Below are positions 1 through 8,138 of a stretch of DNA of 64,000 nt, piece after piece; the first letter of the stretch is position 1; each line of letters begins with the position of its first letter. Source of the stretch: Promethearchaeota archaeon (GTDB taxonomy: Archaea; Asgardarchaeota; Lokiarchaeia; Sigyniarchaeales; SOKP01); the NCBI GenBank assembly GCA_019058245.1, contig JAHPZJ010000030.1, forward strand, positions 32,001 to 96,000, in the 5' to 3' direction. The position numbers and the translations under genes are program-made. A model generated the notes under the pieces. It made no database searches. It saw nothing but the letters and a program-made list of their open reading frames with translations, and was not told the DNA's origin.

Positions 1-504
1 TTTATTTAAGAATGTATAATCTACTTCTTTGTCAATACATAATTTAATAAATGTTATTACCCATCCTACTGATGATTGATACCAATTTTCCCAATCAAGA
101 GGAAGATCTTTGTAAGATAATTCTATCTTATTATCAGAGATTACATTTGGTATAATTTCACCGAAATTAAAAAATCTTCTGTGTAAACGCTGGTATTTCT
201 CTATAGCCATTTCAATGTCTCCCTTAAGGATAATAGCCTGGTAAAGTGTCGTAAGCCAACGATATGCTTCCCTTATAGCCCATTTAAGAACAATTTCCTG
301 ATTATTTCGTGCTTCAACATAACATATTGCGTCAAAACATTCTCTATAATCCTCTAAAGGATACCATGATCCCGTCAGTATTCTTTTTTGAAGAAATTCT
401 TTTGCTCGGTCTGATAGTATTCTGTCATATTCACCCCATCCTTTAGAGCTTGTTTTGATTGATTTTACAATCGTTATTATTAACGATCCTTTTACTTGCT
501 TCAC
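1..504 (-). CDS. H-NOX/V4R-fold-like protein, array copy 1 (3'-truncated by window edge; not in ORF track)
   Basis: Manual translation from GTG at 504 behind AAGGGGA: MKQVKGSLIITIVKSIKTSSKG...RILTGSWYP...RLHRRFFNFGEI...YTFLNK. 168 open codons, colinear with the three 184-aa paralogs. Confidence 0.85.
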   Translation of the reverse strand, partial: MKQVKGSLIITIVKSIKTSSKGWGEYDRILSDRAKEFLQKRILTGSWYPLEDYRECFDAICYVEARNNQEIVLKWAIREAYRWLTTLYQAIILKGDIEMAIEKYQRLHRRFFNFGEIIPNVISDNKIELSYKDLPLDWENWYQSSVGWVITFIKLCIDKEVDYTFLNK

Positions 505-701
505 ATAAATCCCCTTATTTTTCCTAATTAAACCTAGTTTAACTAATTAAAAATTACTTAATCTGATCTAAGCTAGTTGTCCTAATCTAAACTTTCTTAA
601 GATTATCCAAATTAACTTAGCCAATAAAGTAACTTTTAAGAGTTTTTCAAAAATCTAGTGTTTATTTGACTATAAAAATGTTTACATATAGATATAATCC
701 G

Positions 702-714
702 TGTTATATCAACA
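702..714. promoter_or_regulatory. Inverted repeat TGTT-N5-AACA upstream of array copy 1 promoter
   Basis: TGTTATATCAACA. The same motif lies at 3192-3204 at nearly the same distance from a TATA-like box, and again at 2445-2457. Confidence 0.45.
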
Positions 715-851
715 TAATTAAGTTATAGCCTCTTTTGTCTATGAATAATAAGTATTATTTGTTTTTAGAATTATTACATGATTTAAAGCATCTCCAAGAA
801 ATAAGTCCATAATTCATAGATTGAAGCCTTTAGTTCTAAATCTTGAATTTT

Positions 852-1406
852 TCAAGGAGTCCATGAATATTTGATTTTAGTCCAACCTTCTCTTTCCCAT
901 GATTTATTAAGGAAGACATAATCGGGTCTTTTACCAGTACATAATTCAATAAATACTATACCATACCCTATTGTTACATTATAATAATTTTGCCAATCAC
1001 GAGGCATGTCTACAAAAGTCATATGTAGTTCTCTATCAGAGATGAATTCTGTAACTATTTCTCCAAAATTAAAAACTCTTCTGTGAAAACGTGAATATTT
1101 CTCAAAAGCCATTTTAATATCTTCCTTATCAACAGTGGAGTGGTAAATCGTTGTAAGTAAACGTTCTGATCCATTTATACCCCATTGAACCAAATCTGAT
1201 GGATTATTTCGTGCTTCAACAAAGCATAAAGTATCATATAATTCCCGATACTCTTTAAAAGGATACCATGATCCCATCAGAATTCGTTGTTGTAGAAATT
1301 CTTTTGCCTTGTCTGAAAGTCTCTCATTATATGACTTCAATCCTTTAGGACTAGTTTTAATTGCCTTTACAAGCGTTATAGTAATTGCTCCTTTCACTTG
1401 TTTCAA
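852..1406 (-). CDS. H-NOX/V4R-fold-like protein, array copy 2
   Basis: 184 aa, TTG start with GGAGA SD; shared motifs VKG, RILxxSWYP, RFHR, NFGEI, NKSW. Confidence 0.8.
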   Translation of the reverse strand: MKQVKGAITITLVKAIKTSPKGLKSYNERLSDKAKEFLQQRILMGSWYPFKEYRELYDTLCFVEARNNPSDLVQWGINGSERLLTTIYHSTVDKEDIKMAFEKYSRFHRRVFNFGEIVTEFISDRELHMTFVDMPRDWQNYYNVTIGYGIVFIELCTGKRPDYVFLNKSWEREGWTKIKYSWTP

Positions 1407-1687
1407 ATTAATCTCCTTACCTAGCTTAAATTATTCTATACATTTTTTACCTAATATGAAGATTTAGAGAATCTTCCAAAATTATAGTAAAAGATGGATT
1501 ATTTAAGTATATGTAAATCATTAATTTTCGTATTATTTTAGCTTAAAAAATTTTTTGATTTCTTCTTTTATCAGTAATGAAGAAAATTGTTTTTAGCACT
1601 ATAAAATGATTTAGAATATATCTTAAAGGATAGTGTGTTCTTATCCGATTGGAGCCTTCATTTCTAATATATAGGTTCATATACTTT

Positions 1688-2242
1688 TCAAGGAGTCCAT
1701 GAAAGCTTGATTTTAGTCCAGCCTTCTCTTTCCCATGATTTATTAAGGAAGATATAATTGGGTTTTTTGTTAATAGTAGATTCGACAAATGAAATTACCC
1801 ACCCCATTGCTATGTAATAATAATTTGACCAATCACGAGGAAGATCTATATAAGTAAATTCTATCTCTGTATCAGAGACAAATTTTGCTTTAATTTCACC
1901 AAAATTAAAAACTAGTCTGTGAAAACGCGTATATTGTGTTGTAAGTGCTTGAAGATTTCCTTTTTCAATAATAGATTTGTAAATGGTTGAAAGCCAAACT
2001 TTTGACTCGCCTAATCCCCATCCTGTTAAAGTTTTTGGATCATTTTTTGCTTCAATTAAACATAAAGCATCAAAACATTCTCTATATGCATCATAAGGAT
2101 ACCATGATCCCGCAAGAATCCTTCGATTAAGTAAATCTTTTGCTTTATCTGAGAGAATCTGGTTATATGGTCCCAATCCTTTAGGACTTGTTTTAATATT
2201 CTTTATAATCGTTACTGCCATTGATCCTTTTACTTGTTTCAA
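1688..2242 (-). CDS. H-NOX/V4R-fold-like protein, array copy 3
   Basis: 184 aa paralog, TTG start with GGGGA SD. Confidence 0.8.
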   Translation of the reverse strand: MKQVKGSMAVTIIKNIKTSPKGLGPYNQILSDKAKDLLNRRILAGSWYPYDAYRECFDALCLIEAKNDPKTLTGWGLGESKVWLSTIYKSIIEKGNLQALTTQYTRFHRLVFNFGEIKAKFVSDTEIEFTYIDLPRDWSNYYYIAMGWVISFVESTINKKPNYIFLNKSWEREGWTKIKLSWTP

Positions 2243-2497
2243 ATAAATCCCCTTAGATAGAATATTGAAAAATAATATTCTTTTTGAAGAGTTCTACAAA
2301 AATATATGCAAATTAAGATATAAAAAGTTTTATCACAGTATTAATTTCATTTCATTTTAATGGATGATATTTTAGATATCTTTGTCAATTTATAAAAAAT
2401 AGAATATTATTTGAGATATATCGAGAATAATATGAAGATAAACTTGTTTTAATAACAGTTGCAAGTCTTAATTTTAACGAATAGAATTTTCAATTTG

Positions 2498-3052
2498 TTA
2501 TGAATTCCAATAGTATTTAACTATGGTCCAACCCTCGTTTTTCCATGATTTATTTAAGTATTCATAATTTACTTCTTTATCAAGACACATTCCTATAAAT
2601 ACGATTGCCCACCCTATAGCTGTATGATACCAATTTTCCCATTCTCGATCCATATTTGTATACGTAAATTTTACTTCGTTATCACAGATAAATTCTGGCA
2701 TAATTTCACCAAAATTCATAGCCCTTCTGTGAAATCGTATATATCTCTCAACTGCAGATTCGATATCTTCTTTAATAACTGAAGACTGATATATTGATGA
2801 AAATGTTCTTTTTCCTTCCATCATACCCCATTGAACTAAGATTTTTGGATCATTTTTTGCTTCTATAAAACATAAAGCATTATAACATTCTTTATAATCT
2901 TCAAAAGGATACCATGCTGCGCTTAGAATTCGTTGTTTAAGAAATTCTTTTGCTTTATCTGAAAGTAACCTGTCATATTCACTTCTTTTTTGATGATTTG
3001 CTTTAATGGACTTTACAATTGTTAATATTGTCGCTCCTTTTATTTTTTCCAA
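2498..3052 (-). CDS. H-NOX/V4R-fold-like protein, array copy 4
   Basis: 184 aa paralog, TTG start with GGGGA SD. Confidence 0.8.
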   Translation of the reverse strand: MEKIKGATILTIVKSIKANHQKRSEYDRLLSDKAKEFLKQRILSAAWYPFEDYKECYNALCFIEAKNDPKILVQWGMMEGKRTFSSIYQSSVIKEDIESAVERYIRFHRRAMNFGEIMPEFICDNEVKFTYTNMDREWENWYHTAIGWAIVFIGMCLDKEVNYEYLNKSWKNEGWTIVKYYWNS

Positions 3053-3191
3053 ATAAATCCCCTTCTTAACTTAAATTGCTTTGTAATAAATTAACCTAAA
3101 CTTACTTTTTCCAATAAGAAAGTCTAGTGAGTTTTTCAAAATTATAATATAAAATTATTTATATAAACTTTTTTTTAAACTCAAAATTTCG

Positions 3192-3204
3192 TGTTAATTC
3201 AACA
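3192..3204. promoter_or_regulatory. Inverted repeat TGTT-N5-AACA upstream of array copy 4 promoter
   Basis: TGTTAATTCAACA with the same flanks (cg...ta) as 702-714. Confidence 0.45.
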
Positions 3205-3291
3205 TAACAAACTAAAACGCTTTTGGGTAAATATTAGGATTTCTTATTTATTAATAGAATAGAAATAAATTTTGGATTCTAATTTTTTGGA

Positions 3292-3876
3292 CTAAAAAGA
3301 TTTTTCTGAATATAAATTGTTTAAATGTGTTATCCATTCCATTCCAAGATTTTCTAGATGAGATATGAAATTTAATGAACTTAATTTTTTAATATCTTGA
3401 AACTCATTTTTATATTCTTCATAAAGTTCTATAAAATATTTATGTATTAAATTTTCAAACGATTTAATATGAATATATGGATTTAGGAAGAATATAACAG
3501 TAAAATTATCTAAATCAAAAATAGAATGAAATTTGATATTAGAGCCCTTAAGATTAATACAGGGCACATCTTGAATATTAATTTCTTCTGAAAATCTTTC
3601 TAAGGCACTTATAAACATTGGAATGAGTTCTATATTAAAGCATTCACTTTTTGATGGATCTTTCATATTCTTTTTAAGATAAAATTCTAAAGCTCCCTTA
3701 TGACTCTCAAATAATGCAATTGTTTTTCCTTCTTTATCTGATAAGATACACCCAATAAACGGGGGTGGAGAAAAATCATAAATACTTTTAAAACTGAAGT
3801 CCTTTTTACTCTGCTGATTGTCTAATTCTAAGAAAGCATTTAATGTCATTTTTTTATTCTCACTATCTTTATCCAA
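3292..3876 (-). CDS. Hypothetical protein, longin/profilin-like domain
   Basis: Pattern CILSDKEGKTI...LIPMFISALERFSEEI...beta strands...C-terminal helix resembles Asgard longin-like domains. Confidence 0.5.
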   Translation of the reverse strand: MDKDSENKKMTLNAFLELDNQQSKKDFSFKSIYDFSPPPFIGCILSDKEGKTIALFESHKGALEFYLKKNMKDPSKSECFNIELIPMFISALERFSEEINIQDVPCINLKGSNIKFHSIFDLDNFTVIFFLNPYIHIKSFENLIHKYFIELYEEYKNEFQDIKKLSSLNFISHLENLGMEWITHLNNLYSEKSF

Positions 3877-4057
3877 TTAGAAGAATTATTTTGTATATAA
3901 ATAGATAACAAAAAAAAGTATTTTGTGATTTTGATATAAAATAACATCTTTTTGTGTACAAAAAAACATTATGATTTCTTACCTTAATACTATAGAATTA
4001 TTACTAAATCTTCTTACTTATGGATTTTAAATATATTTATAAAATTAAATTAAAATT

Positions 4058-4240
4058 ATGTTGGAAAATATATATTGTGATAAATGCGGGCATCCTATGA
4101 AGGGTGATGTTATTCATAAAGAAGATAATAAAGATTGTACTCATTATTACTGTTCTAAATGTGGATTTAATTATGAATCGGGATTTCGGTATAATGCATT
4201 AATGAAACAATACATTAAATACATACATTTTCATTCGTAA
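4058..4240 (+). CDS. Small zinc-ribbon protein
   Basis: 60 aa with CDKCG...CSKCG. Confidence 0.65.
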   Translation: MLENIYCDKCGHPMKGDVIHKEDNKDCTHYYCSKCGFNYESGFRYNALMKQYIKYIHFHS

Positions 4241-4438
4241 TTAAGTACTTAGGACATGTACTAAGACGAAATCCTATTAAAAATTGATTGATATTAATTT
4301 TATATCTTTTGCGGTTTGGGTTAAAATAAACATAAATTTTAGTATTGTGAAAATTGTGTGAGTTATATTAAAATTTATGATTTATACCAATATTTAACGT
4401 AAATACTTAATATACTAAATTCTCAATAATAAAATTCG

Positions 4439-4624
4439 ATGAGAAATAGTGTTTCAATTGAGGAAATTAATTTAAAAAAACCATTAAAAGAAAATGAAAC
4501 ATGTTTCTTTTATTCTATGGGAGAATGCCTTCATGTTAAGAGGATTTCTGATAAATGTGTTGTATTAAATTGTAAGTTATATAAATCTATGTATCCAATT
4601 AAAAAGAGATCCAATAACAAATAG
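4439..4624 (+). CDS. Small Cys-rich protein
   Basis: 61 aa with C-x6-C-x-H...C-x4-C, a possible metal site. Confidence 0.5.
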   Translation: MRNSVSIEEINLKKPLKENETCFFYSMGECLHVKRISDKCVVLNCKLYKSMYPIKKRSNNK

Positions 4625-4751
4625 ATAAAATCTTGCTATTTACAATTTTATCATCGCTTTTAATAAATTAAATGAAAAGTAATCATATTCATATTTCATT
4701 AAGTTTATTATATACATTTTTTTTAAGCTTTTGATTAAAAAAAGAAATAAT

Positions 4752-4825
4752 AATCCCAAAACCCATGCAAGGTCGTCATTGAATGTCTCATTTTTTTCAC
4801 ATTCATTTCATTCTTATTTGGGATT
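4752..4825 (-). promoter_or_regulatory. Candidate eukaryote-type SECIS element in 3' UTR of the UxxU gene
   Basis: Minus strand: AUGA(4811-4808)-N10-AA-N18-GA. Stem UGAAUGU/ACAUUCA, A-rich apical loop, 3' core UGAC (4778-4775), basal helix AAUCCCAAA/UUUGGGAUU. Confidence 0.65.
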
Positions 4826-5338
4826 TATAATATATTTATCAATCAGAATGATCATTGCACCTACAGAAGGCCTATCGGTTTTATCTCTTCCTACATATTT
4901 CCAAATTATTTTTCTGTTTTTGTCAAGGAGGAATTTGCTTGGTATTGCTTGTTTTACTTTTAGTTTTCCCCAACCTTCAGCAAACCAATACACATTATAA
5001 TCTTTAGCGATTTTTGCTCCACGATCTGAAATCATATCTATAGGAAATTTATTTTCTTCCTTGAATTTTTTTAGTAGTCCAAGAGAATCAGTAGCTATTG
5101 AAATAATCTTAATATTTCTTTTCTCAAATTCATGAAATTGCTTTGTTAAACGCTCTAATTCTTCCTTTCAGTAGCTTCACCACGTCCCCCGAAAAAAATC
5201 AATCAATACTCCATTATGAATTTTAAGTAATTCATCTAAATCCACTGGTTTTCCGTATATATCAAAAGATTTTATTAGTGGTCCTTGTGAATTCAGTGGT
5301 AATCCTTTTGGTCTTGTAGTACTATTATCAGTCGTCAT
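4814..5338 (-). CDS. Peroxiredoxin-like (AhpC/TSA, redoxin) selenoprotein with UxxU motif, 174 aa
   Basis: ATG at 5338 is in frame with the 73-aa track ORF. The only internal stops are TGA codons 54 and 57 (5179-5177, 5170-5168) in DFFRGTW-U-SY-U-KEEL, matching FxRGxWCPxC. Downstream ISD and PSKFLLDK..IIW are thioredoxin-fold motifs. Confidence 0.88.
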
Positions 5339-5464
5339 TTTATTAATAATTCTAAATATAATTCCAATGAAATTTTTTTATATTGACTAACAAAATTAGT
5401 AATTTTAAAGATTTGTTTTTCAAAAATTAGCAATAATAAAATAGATTATTATCTTTATTAAAAA

Positions 5465-5989
5465 CTAGTGTGAATACTTTTCAAAAAGAATTTCTGTCAT
5501 TACATTAAAAGCTTTCTCGACATTCTCTCCTGTTTTAGAAGATAATTCTACAAAAGAAGCAAGATTGTATTTTTTTGCGGCTAATATTCCATCATCTCGC
5601 GATACTGCACGGAAATCATGCAAATCTACTTTCGAACCAATTAACATTATAGGTATTTCTCCTGCATGTTCTCTTATTACTTGAGTCCAATCAGGTAAAT
5701 GATCTAATGATGTTTGATTAGTGATATCGTATAGGAAAAATGCCCCATTTGCACCTTTACTATATTGAGAAAGTAAAAAGCGAAATCGTTCTTCTCCACC
5801 AAAATCCCATATTTGTAATTTGACTTTCTTATCCTTGAAGGAGGTGGTCTTACTATAAAAATCTACTCCAATTGTTAATTTGAGGTCTTCCATAAAATAT
5901 CCAGAGATATATCTCATAGTAAGGGATGTCTTTCCTACAGATGCATCACCAAGCATCATAATTTTAAATGTATAATCGTAATTCGTCAT
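5465..5989 (-). CDS. Rab-like small GTPase
   Basis: GDASVGKT, TIGVDF, WDFGGEERF, SKVD, LSSK. Confidence 0.93.
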   Translation of the reverse strand: MTNYDYTFKIMMLGDASVGKTSLTMRYISGYFMEDLKLTIGVDFYSKTTSFKDKKVKLQIWDFGGEERFRFLLSQYSKGANGAFFLYDITNQTSLDHLPDWTQVIREHAGEIPIMLIGSKVDLHDFRAVSRDDGILAAKKYNLASFVELSSKTGENVEKAFNVMTEILFEKYSH

Positions 5990-6121
5990 TATATTCTTTT
6001 CAAGTTTAAAATTTATAATAATAATATAGGATAATCCTAATTTAATTTTATAATATTATTATCTCCAATATTAATTATTTTTTGTATATTTAAAATTAAT
6101 ATTTTCATTATAAAGTAAAAG

Positions 6122-6763
6122 TTAAATTAGTAAAATAAGGATATTAAAGCAAGAATGGGCAATTGAACAAGGAATTATAGAATATTCGAAATACACAAAT
6201 ATAAGAGAAAGTAACACTCCAAATACTAAATAGTATCCAGAATATGTAATAATTGTTGTTATAGGCACTAGAATTGGTGGAACATGATAAAGTGTAAAAA
6301 TTAGAGATGATAGAAAAATACTGAAAATTAAATTTAATTTAGTTTCGAATTTTTTAATAAGAAATCCTCTGAAAAAAGCTTCTTCACACGGTCCAATAAT
6401 AAGTATATTTAAAATTATGATGATTACCATTTGAATAATATTAGGATGAATTGGTTCTGTGCTAATAGCTCCTTTTTGACCAAGTTCGACAAAACCAGAA
6501 CCAAACAGATTTGTAATAATAATATCCTTGAAAAATATAATGATATAACTACCAAAAAAGAAAAATAATATTCCAAGACCCAATCCGGTGATTATTTTTA
6601 TTAATAAATTTTCATTCTCACGAAAACCCATATCCTTTATAATTTCTTGAAATGATCTCTTTTCCAATTTACTGAATATTAAAGCGGGAATGATTACAAA
6701 CATTAATTCCAAAAATGTTAACCCGATTAAAATCCAAGGATTTTCTCCTAATTGTATAACCAT
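6122..6763 (-). CDS. CPBP/CAAX-family intramembrane metalloprotease
   Basis: EEAFFRG, FTLYH and HSCFN motifs; multiple TM helices. Confidence 0.9.
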   Translation of the reverse strand: MVIQLGENPWILIGLTFLELMFVIIPALIFSKLEKRSFQEIIKDMGFRENENLLIKIITGLGLGILFFFFGSYIIIFFKDIIITNLFGSGFVELGQKGAISTEPIHPNIIQMVIIIILNILIIGPCEEAFFRGFLIKKFETKLNLIFSIFLSSLIFTLYHVPPILVPITTIITYSGYYLVFGVLLSLIFVYFEYSIIPCSIAHSCFNILILLI

Positions 6764-6857
6764 TTTTCCTATATTGTTATTGTTAACTAATCCTAATAAA
6801 TCAAAAAATTAAATATCTCATAATTATTAATATTAATTTTATTATTTCTACTTTTAA

Positions 6858-8138
6858 ATGACAATTAGGGATAAATTAATTGGATCAGAAAAGCGTTCTT
6901 TTAAGAATGTTAATCAGGACAAGAATAGTATTGATGAACTTGGTCTTACAAAAGAACAACTTCTTTTAAATGATCTTAAAACTATTGCAAAAGAATATTT
7001 AGAGATTGAAAAATTGAAAAACTCTTTTGTAGATGTCATTTTGAAAAATTTAGATAATTTAGATTTTAATGAATTCATTGATTTTCCTAAGTTTTATATT
7101 AAAGAAGCAACTTTGAAAAAAAAAGTATCCTCCGCTAACATTCAGGGATTAAATGTTGTTAGTGTAGATGGAAGTTCTGTTACGAAGAAATTTATGAATG
7201 TAGATTTTTCATTTTTAAAAGCTATTGCAGTGAAATATTATTTTCAGAAAAATCATAATGCAAACATTGTTTATTATCCAGACCTTAGCGGATTTAATAA
7301 TTATTATGTACAAGGAAATTTCTTTAATCGAGATGATACTGCTATCGAAACAAAAATATCTATTGATATGACTTTCATGGAAATCAATCTATTAAATAGA
7401 TTAATAAAAAAGACTTCTGGAATTGACATGATAATAATTGATGGTTCGATTGTTATTATGCCTATAAATTTATTATTTTCTAAAGATCTTGAAATATCAA
7501 AAAAATATGATATATTATTGAAAGAGTATCATAAATTATATCTGAATTGTAAAGAAAAAGGTATTTTATTAATAGGTTCAATTAAAGATACGAGAACATC
7601 TGCTCTTTCTCACATTTTAAGAGACACAATTCAATTATTAAAACCTAATTATTCAAAATTAACGGATTTTATCACAATAAATTATCGAAATATAATTGAA
7701 TATTTTTCAGATGTAGATCTGTTCAATCGAGTTTTAAAAAAGGCTGAAAGAACGTGTATCTTTAATTGCAAGAGAGAAATTGATAAAATTAGAGATACTG
7801 GAATAAAAAAAGAAATTCCATACTACTTTCCTTTATCTTTTTATGCATTTTATCTAAAAACAACTCATTATGATATGCCATGTAGAATTGAATTCTTTAT
7901 GGAAGAAAAACATCAATATTTTAAAGCTTCAGAAACTGCAGACTTAATTTCCTCTATCCTTTTACCAATTTCAAGTTTAAATGAACATTATGGATTACCA
8001 ATCCCTCAAATTGAAGCCCATAAAAGAGCCGTCTTTAAACCAAAAGAAATTGATTTGTTATTCAATAACTTAAATAGAACTTTGAACATGCATGGCATTA
8101 AGTTATTAGAAAAAAGAAGAAACAGAAGACCTTTCTAA
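6858..8138 (+). CDS. nurA: NurA-family nuclease
   Basis: VSVDGS, IIIDGS, GSIKD and YGLPIPQIEAH motifs. Confidence 0.85.
   Translation: MTIRDKLIGSEKRSFKNVNQDKNSIDELGLTKEQLLLNDLKTIAKEYLEIEKLKNSFVDVILKNLDNLDFNEFIDFPKFYIKEATLKKKVSSANIQGLNVVSVDGSSVTKKFMNVDFSFLKAIAVKYYFQKNHNANIVYYPDLSGFNNYYVQGNFFNRDDTAIETKISIDMTFMEINLLNRLIKKTSGIDMIIIDGSIVIMPINLLFSKDLEISKKYDILLKEYHKLYLNCKEKGILLIGSIKDTRTSALSHILRDTIQLLKPNYSKLTDFITINYRNIIEYFSDVDLFNRVLKKAERTCIFNCKREIDKIRDTGIKKEIPYYFPLSFYAFYLKTTHYDMPCRIEFFMEEKHQYFKASETADLISSILLPISSLNEHYGLPIPQIEAHKRAVFKPKEIDLLFNNLNRTLNMHGIKLLEKRRNRRPF

Noticed and set aside
852-1770. Near-identical 3' ends of array copies 2 and 3 as a DGR template/variable repeat pair
   Set aside because: Both lie in intact CDSs, differences are not clearly adenine-specific, and no reverse transcriptase is present; paralogy or gene conversion suffices.
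1543-1788. 81-aa minus-strand ORF overlapping copy 3
   Set aside because: Alternative frame across a real gene end and a spacer; no support.
4731-5000. 89-aa plus-strand ORF
   Set aside because: Antisense shadow of the selenoprotein gene and its SECIS; no motif.
4814-5338. Pseudogene reading of the redoxin gene
   Set aside because: Both stops are TGA at the two catalytic Cys positions, there are no frameshifts, and a SECIS-like element follows.
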